This document shows positions 1 to 13,902 of a stretch of 64,000 nucleotides of DNA, in pieces. A program made the position numbers and the translations under genes. The DNA comes from Octopus sinensis (Eukaryota), in the NCBI RefSeq assembly GCF_006345805.1, contig NC_043012.1, positions 50,778,001 through 50,842,000 of the forward strand, read 5' to 3'. Position 1 is the stretch's first letter. Every line of letters starts with the position of its first letter. The notes under the pieces were generated by a model. The model searched no databases. It was not told the origin of the DNA and saw only the letters and a program-made list of their open reading frames with translations.

Positions 1-162
1 AAATATGAGAAACGCCATTTTATGTATAAGTTATATTAGATTTTAGATAAGGACAATTCATATATAAACAAAGAAGGGGTATTTACCATCTAGACGTTTG
101 TTGTGATAGATTTGCTCTGCCAGATATGTCCACTAGGCTCTAAACAAAACACTGATTGAGAG

Positions 163-337
163 AAAGAGAGAGAGAGAGGGAGAGAGAGAGAGAAAGAGAG
201 AGAGGGGGAGAAAGAGAGATAGAGAGAGAAAAAGAGAGAGAGGGAGGAAGAGAGAGAGAGAGAGGGAGACAGACAGACAGACATACAGACAGACTGATAG
301 ATAGATAGATAGATAGACAGATAGATAGATAGATAGG

Positions 338-425
<88 letters not shown>
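163..425. repeat. (AG)n followed by (GATA)n microsatellite
   Basis: Direct reading; explains ORFs 90..284 and 133..459. Confidence 0.97.
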
Positions 426-737
426 GACAGAGAGAGGCAGAAAGACGAGGTAGTTTCACGTCCAGCCAGACAGTAATAAACCAGAAATCGTGATTACTGA
501 TGATTTCTTATCTGTTATGACCTCTTCGCTTGGGAGATATGAGAGTATCACGAACATATGTACTGAAATAAATATTGATGTATTCTATTACAAGTTACAG
601 GGAAGAGAGTGAATGAAGTGAGCAGTATAACATCTTTTGATTTACGTTCAGAACTGTCGATATTATAGAGTAAAACAGTAGATCCAAGGATAAAAATTAT
701 ATCCTTGTTGGCAAAAACTAATACAAATACTACAAAT

Positions 738-883
738 TTCGCCGAGGTCGACTTTGCCTTTCATCATTTCGGGGTTAATAAATTAAGTACCAGTTACGCA
801 ATGGAGTCGATGTAATCGACTTAATCCCTTTGTCTGTCCTTGTTTGTTCCCTCTATGGTCCCCATGTGGTCAATAAAAACTTT
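738..883 (+). mobile_element. 5'-truncated SINE family A (tail type i) with 19-bp target-site duplication
   Basis: gccgaggtcgactttgcctttcatc...gtcgatgtaatcgacttaatcc matches copies at 30922-31522 and 56643-57050; taatacaaatactacaaat occurs at 719-737 and 884-902. Confidence 0.9.
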
Positions 884-2426
884 TAATACAAATACTACAA
901 ATGCTAGAATAAATTTTCGGCTAGGACTGTTCTTCGGGGAGAGAAGAATCGTTAGCCGTTAGTAGTTGTTGAAGAAGAAACAAAGAGGTTAGGTAAGAAA
1001 GAGAAATTCAGTGAGAAAAAGTGTGATGGAGAAGGGTGAGAAAAAATATTAAAGAAGAAAGGATGAGCGAATAACGCGCCATTATAGGACGAGAAGAAAG
1101 TCAAATGAATCCCATGTAGATTTGAAGAACGCGAAAGGTAGAAGTTACCTTTCTCCAACACCTTGTTCTTTCTTCTTCCCTATTTTTGGTTTCTACCCTA
1201 ATTACGTCCTATTATCTTAAGAAAGAACGAACCGATTATATATAACATTGTCACAACGCAGTATAAATAAATTGAAGAGCAGTCGCAATTGAAAAGATTT
1301 CCCATCTAGCGTAAGTTCGATCGATTTGCACTAAACTGCGCTTAATTCGTTGGGTTAATTTTCGCTCGAAATAGAACATAAAGGCTAATATCTTACTAGC
1401 CATTAAGTGATATTTTATTGGCTATTAAATTCATTACTTGAAAAAGAGTTTAATAGAAGTGGCAAAATATAAAAATATGTCTGAGGGACAGGCTACATCA
1501 TTATATTGATTCGTTACTATTGTGTTTAAAAATTATTTCGTTGACCCAATGTGCTAAGTCCAAATGCTTTCAGAAGATTTGAAACTGTGAACATACTTAA
1601 AAAGAAACAAAAGCAAATACAGCGGGATATGATGCTAATGTTCTTCATTCTACCAAGTTGGAGAGTCTTTATTCAGACATTAAAAAAAGGAAAATGTTCT
1701 AACATGGCGTCTCTCGAACTTAATAAATATATACATAAATAAATAAATACTAAAATTAGCTGTATGTACTCGAACTCATAACACAAAGTAACTTCACTAA
1801 ATAGCGTTAATCACTCTTTAAAAAGGCTCCAAATTTTTAAGGAGCACTACAGCTGATGTGCTGCAAAAAATAGAATGCTTGATCAATATTGTATTTCCTT
1901 CCCATTAAATATTACGGCAGTTTTATAGTTTTACATATTTGTACACTTCGTTTTTATTACGCTCGTACAAAATAATTCTGGTACGAATCACTTAATTTTT
2001 GTAATTAAGTTGACCATGTTAAATAAATCAATTATTAACACCGCTGCAATATATATATTATATCAAGAAAATATGGATTACTAAGAAAAATAATGAGATA
2101 GAATGTAAAGTAATATGTAAATTATATAAAAAATGGTGAATCCATATTCTCGTAATGAATTTTATGTGAACACGTTTTGTAAAGATTTTAATCTTCATGA
2201 ATGGGTTACAGTATTACATTAATCCTAATTGATTTTAAAAATAATTATAAGGGCTTATTTAAGACAAATTTATAAATGGGTGCTTGCTTGTGCTTGTATG
2301 TGTGTGTGTGAGTTTGTTCACGTTGGGTGTGTATGTTGTATGTGACATCTCTTTGTGTGTGTAATATGTTACACTTATTAAGCTGACAATGTATCTAAGA
2401 AACATAGACAAGTGTATGTGTATACA

Positions 2427-2486
<60 letters not shown>

Positions 2487-4730
2487 CATGCAGACATATA
2501 TAGATGTATATGCATGGTAAGAATGGTTAAATGAAACGCCGCCAGAAGAGCTATGACGAATTTTTAATGGGTATATTGTTTTAAATTTAGTAATAGAAAT
2601 CTTAAATCTTATGGAAGAAATGAGGCAATTCCCTTGCAAAAAGGGTAATGATATATTTTTGCTATCGTTAAATATGCACTCACCAAAACTGAAAACAGAA
2701 TAATTGAAAATAATGAAAATTTCCGTATTAGAGTTTCAACGTACGTCATTTATACTTACATATAAAGAGGCAACGAAGATCGGAGCTGAGAGTAAAGGAT
2801 ACAATTTTACACTCAGCTTCAGTCTTTTGCTACAAATAATTAACGCCGATAATATCGTTTATTAATGAATGAATAAATATATGTAGATGAGGGTATAGGA
2901 TGCCCTCATATACTTTTGTAAATATTTATATTTTTCTTCCAGTCTAATGGTAAGAGCGTTAAATTATATTAGCCATGTTTGTATATTCTGATTCAATTGT
3001 GTATTCAAGATTTTTATTAAGCACGGTGGCTATTTTCAATATCAGTGAATATATAATTGCGCTTCTCCTATGTATGAAAGGCAACACATTTTTTTTACGC
3101 ATGCAGCAATAAAACCTCTTTCTATACTATGCCTAAAAAGGCCGAAATGCATCTGATGATCTGTATATCCGCTACTTAGAATATTACTCGTCTCCCTCTC
3201 ATATATTTTGATTTTAACACCGCAAGTTTATAAGGGATTTTAACTTGGATGAATACCACAGCGTTCTGCTTAACAATAGTGTATATACACTCAGTATGAA
3301 GCATACATATATGTATATATATATATATTATTTAAAGATGCTTCATTTCCGTGTACTGGGCATGGAATATGTTTCAATTTTCTACCTTTTATTGTGGATA
3401 TAAGGATCTATGATGTTTCACTGAACTGATTCTACATTCTAGTTTTCACTTTTTGTTCAGTATTTTCTCCCTTAGTTTGTATTGGTGTTTATGGCTTTAT
3501 GATTTTGTAGCTTTCACAACTATCATGAACACACACTTTTGATCTCGTGACTTCATGGTGGACTCTCGACAAATCAGTATTTTAAGGATTATTGTAGTAC
3601 ATATCAATATGGGTTCGTGTCAACGTTTTTGTTTATTATGAACCTGCGAATGAGCAGAGGTAGCTAGGTTGATCATGTACTTACAAGCAGGCTTACAATT
3701 TTGACGTAAATATCAACAGAATTGCGTTAGGTTTGGAGGCGAAAACGAAGGAGAAGTATTGAGATTTCTCTAATTACAATTCGTTTTCTCAGTACGATTA
3801 CACTATATTCGAGAGTCTCGCAGCCAGTCGTCATGGCATTCTGTTTTCTCATTCTAGTGACTCAATTTTTCTCACTCTTTCAAATCTCTCCGTTATTTAA
3901 CTTTAAGTTCTCTCTGTACAATATATTTTAAGAATCAGTTTGCTATTTAACGATCAACTAATGTAGATTGAAAATAATTCTATAATGAATCACATTAAGT
4001 AATAGATGGGTGACTTACATATATATCAAGTTATAAAAAAAAACAACTTTAGATTACTGATTATGTAGTAATATATAAATGTATATTACTATTTATTTAG
4101 TATTGCTAGACATTCTGGATGAGACTACATTACAGCAATCGAAGCCTTGATAAAGACCGCAAAGGCTGACTTCCCAGCTGATATCTACATCAATTTAAAA
4201 CACAGTAATATATATCCAACTTACTGAGCTACAAAACAGTATACATACTGTAAATACATGTATATATAGAATAATTGCATCAAGCACCAAATATATAATA
4301 ATAGGAATGCGAAACATTTAGTAGTGTATAAACAAACGAATAAATTCCAAGTTGTAATTTAAGTTAACAAATGAGAGTCCTACACATCGAAACAAGAGAA
4401 ATGTTGCAACAAAAACAGAAATTATGAATATTCCAGACACGATTATCGATAGTCACATCACCGTAACAATCTCACTTGAATGAAAATTATTGCTAAATTA
4501 CAAACATAAACGCTGAATTGTGTTGATAAAAAATGTATTAATATAATATAATCATATTATATCGCTTGCATGTATTGCATTAATATTATTAGTTCTTATT
4601 AGTTTACATATAATTTTCCTTTAAAATAATAGTTCCACATACTATACTTTCGCTTTTCATTACTTATCTACTTTATGTACGTATCAATATATCAAGCTAG
4701 CTAATTATATGTTTAATATCTATATATTTC

Positions 4731-4855
<125 letters not shown>

Positions 4856-5012
4856 ATAGTTAGCTAGCTCATACTGTGTGTCCTGTAACTGCCTCTGTGT
4901 ATCTTTGATACTTTCACTTTCTCTTCCACCTTTTTAATATCTATGAAAGCGTGTATATATTAATGCATATCTGTTTTTATAGGTGTGTTCCTGTGTGTGC
5001 ATGCGTGCGTGC

Positions 5013-6120
<1,108 letters not shown>

Positions 6121-6497
6121 GACACACTGTGTTAGAATACCTACAATGCTAGAAATGAGAGCTACAGTGCTCTGATATTGCAGTCAACGCACATACTTGT
6201 ATATAATTATGTATAAAATTATGTGCGATGAGTGGAGCATTAGAGAACTTTAGTTCTTATTGCTAGCATTGTAGGATTATAGATGTTCGAACACCCTCTG
6301 ATATTCAATGACAATTATAGTTTTCTATTTTGGCCATGCATTATTAAACAGCTGGTTACTTAATTATATATATATATATATATACATACAATATACCTAT
6401 CAAGATAGGGCATAATAATATTTCAGTGTATATATAGAGAGGTGAATACACGTATGGGCACATACATACGTGCATGTGAGTATATATATTTATATAT

Positions 6498-6622
6498 ACA
6501 TACATACATAGAATAATACTTGGCTTACAAAGAATAAGTCCTGGGGGCGATTTGCTTGACTAAAAGTTGCTCCAGCATAGCCACAGTCAAATGACTGAAA
6601 CATGTAAAAGAATAAAAAGAGA
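6498..6622 (+). mobile_element. 3' portion of SINE family B
   Basis: ggcttacaaagaataagtcctggg...cagtcaaatgactgaaac matches the 3' ends of copies at 45713-46150 and 62607-62995. Confidence 0.85.
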
Positions 6623-7352
6623 GTATATATATAGGGCTAGCCAAAAGTCACGCGACAGTAAATCGAAATTCGATAACTACTATCTGTAACTCTGTATCGT
6701 CTCGAACGGAAAAATGTGTCGCTCAAGAAGGATTTCAGTTTGAACTATTTTCATGATGCTTCATATTTAAAGGATTTACTGGCAGGTGACTTGGCATGTC
6801 AAGGTATTATTGCAATACGGCCGTTCCAGGCGGCTCCATTTATTCGAACAATGCAAGCATTACATCAATTTGGAATACAGTACCATCTTCAGTTGGAAAT
6901 ACATATTTTAGCAGTCAGGATATGCCATTATTATTTTTAGCAAATATTTCATCAGAGCTGGAGATGGAAGGAATTCCATACTGCTACTACCGTGACAGAA
7001 TAAGCTTAAAGAGGAACGACAACTTTTTAATGACAGAAGTGGAAACACAGTGGGGGTTATGAGATCGGTAAATTAGCTAAAATTTTTATCTATCATCTTG
7101 TCAACATCGAAATATCTAATGCAGCTATCATTAAGACACTAGGAGTCGACAGTTAAATTCTAGTCGCAAGTCATAAATTAATATTGTTAGATATTCCCCC
7201 AAACCATAATTCTGTATGGCTGTAGATTCACTTGACCACACATATATATACCTTATTAAAAAATAACCTTAAAAAATAACCTTTGAAGGTTTTTTTTTCC
7301 ATACTGAACACTTGATAAAATCGTTACCTTATTTTTAAATTAACGATCTTAT

Positions 7353-7398
<46 letters not shown>

Positions 7399-7489
7399 TG
7401 TATGGCCGCAGTCACATGACTGATACAAGTAAAACTATAAAGAATACTATACCATTCAGTTCATCTTTGAGGTAGAAGGAGATTTGTTA

Positions 7490-7860
7490 GTCTTTCGTTC
7501 AACTTTTACATGCGATAACAGCTGTTCCACACAATCTCCCAAATGTCTAATGCACGGACATTGAATTATTGCATGCAAGACGGTTTTGTCCCCTTGCAAG
7601 CAATTAAGCTGTTGGCACTCCCATGTCTGAAGAGCTTGTCCCGAAAGAGCAATGCCCCTCTGTAGCACTGCCAAGCCAAAGACTTTAGGAAATTGTCCGA
7701 AGAATCTCGGCATTGAAGAGAACAGTACAAGTAATCTCTCGAAGAGACTACTTAAAGTAGATTCACTCCTACGCCATCACCAATCATGCCATCAGCTAAC
7801 CCCCTGTAGAAATCTTGGGTTGTCCTCCCGCTAACAGTTTTGAGCAACCGGTGCAATGCA
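7490..7860 (-). mobile_element. L1/Tx1-like LINE ORF2 C-terminal relic (Zn-knuckle region), frameshifted
   Basis: Minus frames give DNFLKSLAWQCYRGALLFRDKLFRHGS then C..GDKTVLHAIIQCPCIRHL..VEQLLS, resembling the C-terminal CCHC region of L1/Tx1 ORF2 (recalled pattern). Confidence 0.6.
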
Positions 7861-7964
7861 GTGAGATAGTACTAAGAATAATGATATTAATGGTAATAAT
7901 AATAATCATAATAATATTAATATAAATAATAATAACATCACACTCGATAAAACATATGAAATAA

Positions 7965-8640
7965 GAGAATAATACCAAAGCCAGACATGCATATACTTAG
8001 GAATCAATAAACTAGATGCGGTTCAACACACACAAACGAAAGAGAAAAGAGAATACTATAGATGAGTTAGGTTAATACTGTAAACAGATCTCAATGCGAA
8101 AAACAAGATAATAGGTATCATCACTCTAGCCGTACCAGTTGTAAGTAACATCTACAATATCCTTAACTGGGCAGTAAATGAACTAATCAAAATAGTCAGG
8201 AAAACAGGAAAAATAACGACAGAATTTAGGATGCACCACACAAAATATGATATAGAAAGGTTATGTATATAACATATATAAGGTAGTAGAGACATTATAC
8301 AGCTAGAAAACTATTAAAACTAACCATCATAGGACTAAAAAATGTTCTTCAGAAGCTTGGAAAACTAATACAACTCGCCACAAATCACGAAGAAAACAAA
8401 AGACTGTTTTAAGTCTTTAAGGAAAGTGAAAATACAGACATGGAGTCATACTATCTAGTAACAATGAAGAAAAGAAAGAAACAACAAAATTTGTAAAACA
8501 AGTGAAATCCCCCCCCCCCCAAAAAAAAAACTGGAACGGGAACGGATGTCGATAAAACAATAACAAGAAAAGCCCCTTCATGGCAAATACTGGATTAAAG
8601 CTCCCACAGAATCTAACAGAACAAACAAGACCGAACGTTC
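7965..8640 (+). mobile_element. R4/Dong-like non-LTR retrotransposon, post-RT (thumb) relic
   Basis: Degenerate frames give YLGIN.LDAVQHTQ.KE..EYY, LNAKNKIIGI.TLAVPVV, RMHH.K.DIERL and KPLHGKYW; several frameshifts and stops. Confidence 0.75.
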
Positions 8641-8811
8641 TAGCAGCTTAAAGGCGCAACACTTTTCGCTAGCCAATATGCTTTCCCAAGTATCGCTATA
8701 CTTCCTATACCGTTTGGCACTTGGAGATTTTCAAATCAGAATATTGCTATTTTTGAAATGGCCAACCGCGCCGGAAACAATGGATGGATAAAATAAGAAC
8801 TATTTGAACAC

Positions 8812-8880
8812 TGAACTCGATGTAATCGACTTACTTCCTCCCCAAAATTACTGGTAAATTCCAAAAAATTGAAACCATTA
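8812..8880 (+). mobile_element. 3' end fragment of SINE family A (tail type ii) running into (ATT)n
   Basis: cgatgtaatcgacttacttcctccccaaaatt...gaaaccattatt. Confidence 0.55.
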
Positions 8881-8886
8881 TTATCC

Positions 8887-8922
<36 letters not shown>

Positions 8923-8929
8923 TATTATT

Positions 8930-9016
<87 letters not shown>

Positions 9017-9026
9017 ATTATTATTC
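8878..9026. repeat. (ATT)n-(CAT)n-(ATT)n compound array
   Basis: Direct reading. Confidence 0.97.
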
Positions 9027-9547
9027 TCTGTTTGACTTTTGCTTTACATTTGTACGAGTTGGCTCCAAGTCTCACCCAGAGACCTCAAGAGAAAACAAGT
9101 TGGAAGTTCATGCTGTTGTTATGCCTAAGGTTGCCATATATTTGGTTTTGTACTTAGTGTTGTACTAGTGAATTTTTAAGAAACCATAAGAACATGAGTG
9201 GTTGTATACTGCCAACTTAACGTGACAGTCCCGTATGGGAATTACACTACAGCTGTTTAGCCCTAGGAAGTATCGAACGCTTCCTGTCGGCTTTGACACG
9301 TTTTCTGTGTCCTTTGTTTTAAAACTTGAGATTACATAGAAAGTATTTTGCGTAGGATATGAGCAGTTCCCATGAGCACTATCTTTTGAATTTCTGCCGT
9401 TTTTGGGCTTCCTGGTATCTGAGCTAGGCAGCAATCAGCCCATTTTACTATCATTCTCAACAAAGGGTATTGTTTTAGTCTTCAGGTTCTACATTTTGCT
9501 AATTTCTATTTCAAGATCTTTATTTTTGCTCAGTTTTTGATAGGTCT

Positions 9548-9550
<3 letters not shown>
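9027..9550 (-). mobile_element. R4/Dong-like LINE 3' end: RLE C-terminus plus 3' UTR, 5'-truncated
   Basis: Minus translation KLSKNKDLEIEISKM*NLKTKTIP...QIPGSPKTAEIQKIVLMGTAHILRKILSM*; (TAA)n on both sides. Confidence 0.85.
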
Positions 9551-9589
<39 letters not shown>

Positions 9590-9626
9590 TATTATTATTA
9601 TTATTATCATTATTATTATTATTATT

Positions 9627-10003
9627 CCTTCATAACACAGTGTGGTAAAAATTTACCGGAGTTTTTAGTCATCTGTCAAGTCACAAAAAGGACCTCAGAC
9701 AGATGATACTTTACTTAAGATGTGCGCTGTGCCCAATAAGTCTACTTTTTGCGAGACATGAATCTTGCATGGGATTTCCAGTTGCCTTAAGAAGTTTTTA
9801 AGTTTCAATGGGATTGAGTCGAGCGCTCCGATCACCACTGGTATCACTTTTACATTACCCTCTCGCATTCCATTCAGTATTGCTATTTCCACTTTCAATT
9901 CGGAGTATTTGGTGAATTTTTCAACCTCATTACTCACAACACTCATGTCATTTCTTATGGCTACATCAATGATATTACAGTATTTGTCTCTCTTATTCAA
10001 TAA

Positions 10004-10004
<1 letters not shown>
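9627..10004 (-). mobile_element. R4/Dong-like LINE RLE-domain 3' end, copy 1
   Basis: ORF 9695..10000: CNIIDVAI.ND..V..NEVEKFTKYSELKVEI...VIPVVIGALDSIP...QKV.LLGTAHILSKV, an RLE (PD..D..K-type) domain C-terminus; (TAA)n flanks. Confidence 0.85.
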
Positions 10005-10079
<75 letters not shown>

Positions 10080-10097
10080 CATATTATTATTATTATT

Positions 10098-10474
10098 CCT
10101 TCATAACACAGTGTGGTAAAAATTTACCGGAGTTTTTAGTCATCTGTCAAGTCACAAAAAGGACCTCAGACAGATGATACTTTACTTAAGATGTGCGCTG
10201 TGCCCAATAAGTCTACTTTTTGCGAGACATGAATCTTGCATGGGATTTCCAGTTGCCTTAAGAAGTTTTTAAGTTTCAATGGGATTGAGTCGAGCGCTCC
10301 GATCACCACTGGTATCACTTTTACATTACCCTCTCGCATTCCATTCAGTATTGCTATTTCCACTTTCAATTCGGAGTATTTGGTGAATTTTTCAACCTCA
10401 TTACTCACAACACTCATGTCATTTCTTATGGCTACATCAATGATATTACAGTATTTGTCTCTCTTATTCAATAA

Positions 10475-10475
<1 letters not shown>
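10098..10475 (-). mobile_element. R4/Dong-like LINE RLE-domain 3' end, copy 2 (tandem duplicate, period 471 bp)
   Basis: ORF 10166..10471 translates identically to 9695..10000; nucleotide sequence appears identical by eye. Confidence 0.85.
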
Positions 10476-10527
<52 letters not shown>

Positions 10528-10534
10528 CATTACT

Positions 10535-10748
10535 TAAGGCGGGGTACTGGCAGAATCGTTAGCACACCGGGCAAAATACTTAGTGGCATTTCGCCTGTCT
10601 TCGGGTTTTGATTTCAAATTCCACCGAGATCGATTTTACCGTTCATCCTTTCGGAGTCAATAAATCAAGAACCTATGAAACACTGAGGCCGATGCAATCG
10701 ACGAGTCACTTCTCCCAAAATTTAAGTGCCTTTAGTAGAAAGGGTTAT
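10535..10748 (+). mobile_element. SINE family A, full length (tail type ii), inside (ATT)n
   Basis: tRNA-like head taaggcgg..tggcagaatcgttagc, B-box-like ttcaaattcc, tail gtgcctttagtagaaagggttatt. Confidence 0.8.
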
Positions 10749-11636
10749 TATTATTCTTATTATTATTGTTTGTAATTCTAGTAATAGTAGTTATATTGCT
10801 AGTAGTAGTAGTAGTAGTATCACTAGTAGCAGTAGCAGGAGTAACATCTGCTTTAGTTGTAGCAGTAGCAGCTGCACCACCAACAGTAGTCGTAGTCGTA
10901 GTAGTAGTAGTTGTTGTTATTTTTGGTATTCTTGTTGTAGCACTAGTAGTGCTGATATAAAGCTTCTTGCAGTAAATAATAAACGAACAGCAGGCTCATT
11001 AGAAAACAAACAGAATCAGAAACAACATAGGACCATTCATGTACAAATATCCAAGAGAGTGTTCACGGCTGCTTTGTGTACTTCTGCAGCCATGTAGCCT
11101 ACCATCAACCTTCCCTGGATAGGGTGATTAGACCTTAGTTGCACAACATTCAATGGAAGCAAATGTAGAAAACACCGAGAATCCAAAGTTTGTCCTATCC
11201 TCACAACTCACAACCGGTTTGATGCTGCGATGTGTTCCAATTAATCGCGCCTCGTGATGTAGTGCTGAAGAGAAAGTGAAATAAATTGCAATAAGCAAGG
11301 GTGCAGAGACTTTCTGTAGTTGATACAGAAAGAATAATGGGAAGATAATGGCAATGATAAAGTATTAAGAATGAAAAGAAGAGGTTACCTTGCTAATTTG
11401 AAGAGAGGTAAGTGACCAGTAGCATATGATAGACTGTTGGTGAAAGCGACACCAATAGATTGCGAACACCGACTGGAGCATAACCAATCTGACTGTGTCT
11501 CAAAATTTCGGCCAAATCAGATATTCTTCACATTTCAAATTAAAAAGAAAACAAAGCTAATATGCGTAGCTGTGGCTGTGTGGTAAGAAGTTTGTTTCCC
11601 AACCACCTGTTTCCGTGTTCATTCCCACTGTTGGCA

Positions 11637-12147
11637 TGCATAAGATCTGGTCATCAAATCTGGTCATGCATAAGATCTGGTCATCAAATCTAAGTAGAGA
11701 CTTCAAACTTGAAATATTCAAAGCCACAGTCGAACCAATCCTACTATATGGCTCAGAAACCTGGACGTTATCAAAGAAGCTTGAGAGGCGGTTGGATGGA
11801 ACCTACACTCGCCTCCTTATGAGAGCTCAAAATCTCTCGTGGAGGCGCCATCCAACTAAAATGCAAATATATGGGGAATTACCACCTGTGTCATCTCTTG
11901 TGAAGGGTAGGAGAGTCCAGTTTGCTGTACATTGTTGTAGAGCTGAAAAAGAAGTAATTTCTACTCTTCTCCTCTGGAAGCCATCTACTCGCAACACCAG
12001 AGGGCGCACACTCTCCTACCCTGATGTAATCTCCAGGGATACAGGCATCCAGCAACAGGACCTCCGTAATGCTATGATGGACCGTGAAGTCTGGCGCAAC
12101 ATGGTAAATTCCATTGTCTCGACCACGGTCGAACAATGATGATGATG
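11637..12147 (+). mobile_element. 5'-truncated RTE-like LINE (ORF C-terminus, (TGA)n tail), 10-bp TSD
   Basis: ORF 11615..12139: KLEIFKATVEPILLYGSETWTLSKKLERRLDG...RRVQFAVHC.R...LLLWKP...RGRTLSYPDVISRDTG...AMMDREVWR, typical post-RT RTE-clade sequence; actgttggca at 11627-11636 and 12148-12157. Confidence 0.9.
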
Positions 12148-12271
12148 ACTGTTGGCAACTTGGACAAGTATTTTGTACTAGGGCAGACCAAAGCCTTGTT
12201 AGTGGATATATTAGACGGAAACTCTAAGAAACACGCTGTGTATATATATAAATATATATATAATAAGATAA

Positions 12272-12430
12272 AAAATGGGACAAGAACGAAAAACATAAGG
12301 ACAAGTAGGTGATACAAAAAGGGACAACAAAACATCCTGACAGACAATACAAAAAGAAAACACAAAAGAAACACGGATGTGTCATTCGAAGCCATTTATC
12401 TTCAATCAAGAACCGGATCACCATCGCAAT
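12272..12430 (-). repeat. Unclassified dispersed repeat, related to 23360-23660
   Basis: Reverse complement gatggtgatccggttcttgattgaagataaatggcttcgaatgacac...ttcttgtcccattt aligns with gatgatccggttcccgactgaagattagaggcttcgagtgacac...ttcttgtcccactt at about 23565-23650. Confidence 0.75.
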
Positions 12431-12831
12431 ATATATATATATATCTGTGTGTGTGTTTGTCATTGTCCTCCATTACCGCTTGACAATTAGTGTTGGTGTG
12501 CTTATGTCCCCGCAAATTAGTGGTTCGGCAAAAATTGATTAATAGAATAAGTAGGCTTAAAAATAGTCCTTGAGTCGATTTGTCTTACTAAAACCCTACA
12601 TCGTGGAGTGAAATAAGTAAAAGACTAAAGATAAAGAATAAATAGTCAAGATAGAAGGTGTGTTAGGGAAGGAAGCTAACATGAATCGTTTTGTATCACG
12701 CTCTGATTCACGTTGGCATCTCATAATTAACCTCTAATTCTTCCATGTGAAGCATTCGTATTGTAAGTATGGCATATTATTATCAATTGAGAAATCGCTT
12801 CTACCATTTTTAATATGCTTCTTCCAATATA

Positions 12832-13160
12832 TAATCCTCCTCCTCCTCATCATCATCCTCATCCTCCTCCACCTCATCATCATCATCGTATTCTTTTTAT
12901 TCTTCATCTCCTCCTTCTCCTCCTCCTCCTCCACCTCCTTTTTCTTCTCCTCCTTCTCTTTCTTCTTCATCTTCTTTTTCTTCTTCTTTTCTTCTTCTTT
13001 TTCTTCTTCTTCTTCTTTCTTCTTCTTCTAATACATTATTATTATTAATATTATTATTATTATTATTATTATTGTTATTATCATTATCATTATTATTATT
13101 GTTATTATTATTTATTATTATCATTGCTGTTATTATTATTATTATTATTTATTATTACCA
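12832..13160. repeat. Compound trinucleotide array (CCT/CAT/CTT/ATT)
   Basis: Direct reading. Confidence 0.95.
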
Positions 13161-13790
13161 ACATTATTATATCAAAAGTAAATTAATCTATATGTTTATT
13201 TACTCAGTAAATGTATAACAATGCAAAACATTGAAATAAAAAAACAAAAACAAAAAAAACGGGAAAAAAAAAACAAAAACAGTTACAAATCATGAATCAA
13301 GTGAGATACCACAAAAGGAGAGGAAAATTAAATTTATTTATGAATACCAATCAAGAAGTCAAAAGAACAGTACAAAAATATATCAAATAAATAAATATTA
13401 ACAACAATAACGAGCAGGAAAATGACGATGATAATGATGATGATGATAAATACTAAAGAGGAGGAGGAGGAGGAGGTAGAAGGGATGATGATGTTGTTGA
13501 TCATCATCGTAATGATGAGGATGACCAAAATGGAGCAAAACCTAAAAATAAAAGAAATAATGAAAAAAAAAGACCTTCAGCAAATAATATCAATAACAAA
13601 TATGAGCCAATAATTGAGACTCTAGCAGTAACTGCATAACTAAAAAATAAACAACAAAACAAACTAAACAAAAGTGATCAGTATTCTCATTCATATATAT
13701 ACATATATATTTGCTTGTGTATGCTCGTTTATGTGTATGAATGTATAAATATATATATATAATATATATATGCGTGTATATATATATGTG

Positions 13791-13823
<33 letters not shown>

Positions 13824-13847
13824 ATGTATATATATAAAGATATATGT

Positions 13848-13902
<55 letters not shown>

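Larger units (their letters stand above)
11564..12642 (+). mobile_element. SINE family B interrupted by two later insertions
   Basis: Head gtgtggtaagaagtttgtttcccaaccac at 11578-11606; body resumes at 12158 (acttggacaagt...accaaagccttg) and at about 12445 (ccgcttgacaa...ggttcggcaaaa...aatagaataagt). Confidence 0.85.

Noticed and set aside
2943-2949. 7-nt segment between ttttcttccAG and GTAAGA
   Set aside because: Not frame-preserving; such motifs arise by chance in 64 kb.
3128-3150. gcc-taaaaa-ggc-cgaaatgcatctgatga hammerhead-like pieces
   Set aside because: Core segments are in an order that does not fold into any hammerhead topology.
6632-7340. Possible Tc1/mariner-type relic starting tatagggctagccaaaagtcacg
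   Set aside because: No matching second TIR and no convincing DDE/D motifs in ORFs 6716..6940 or 6796..7062.
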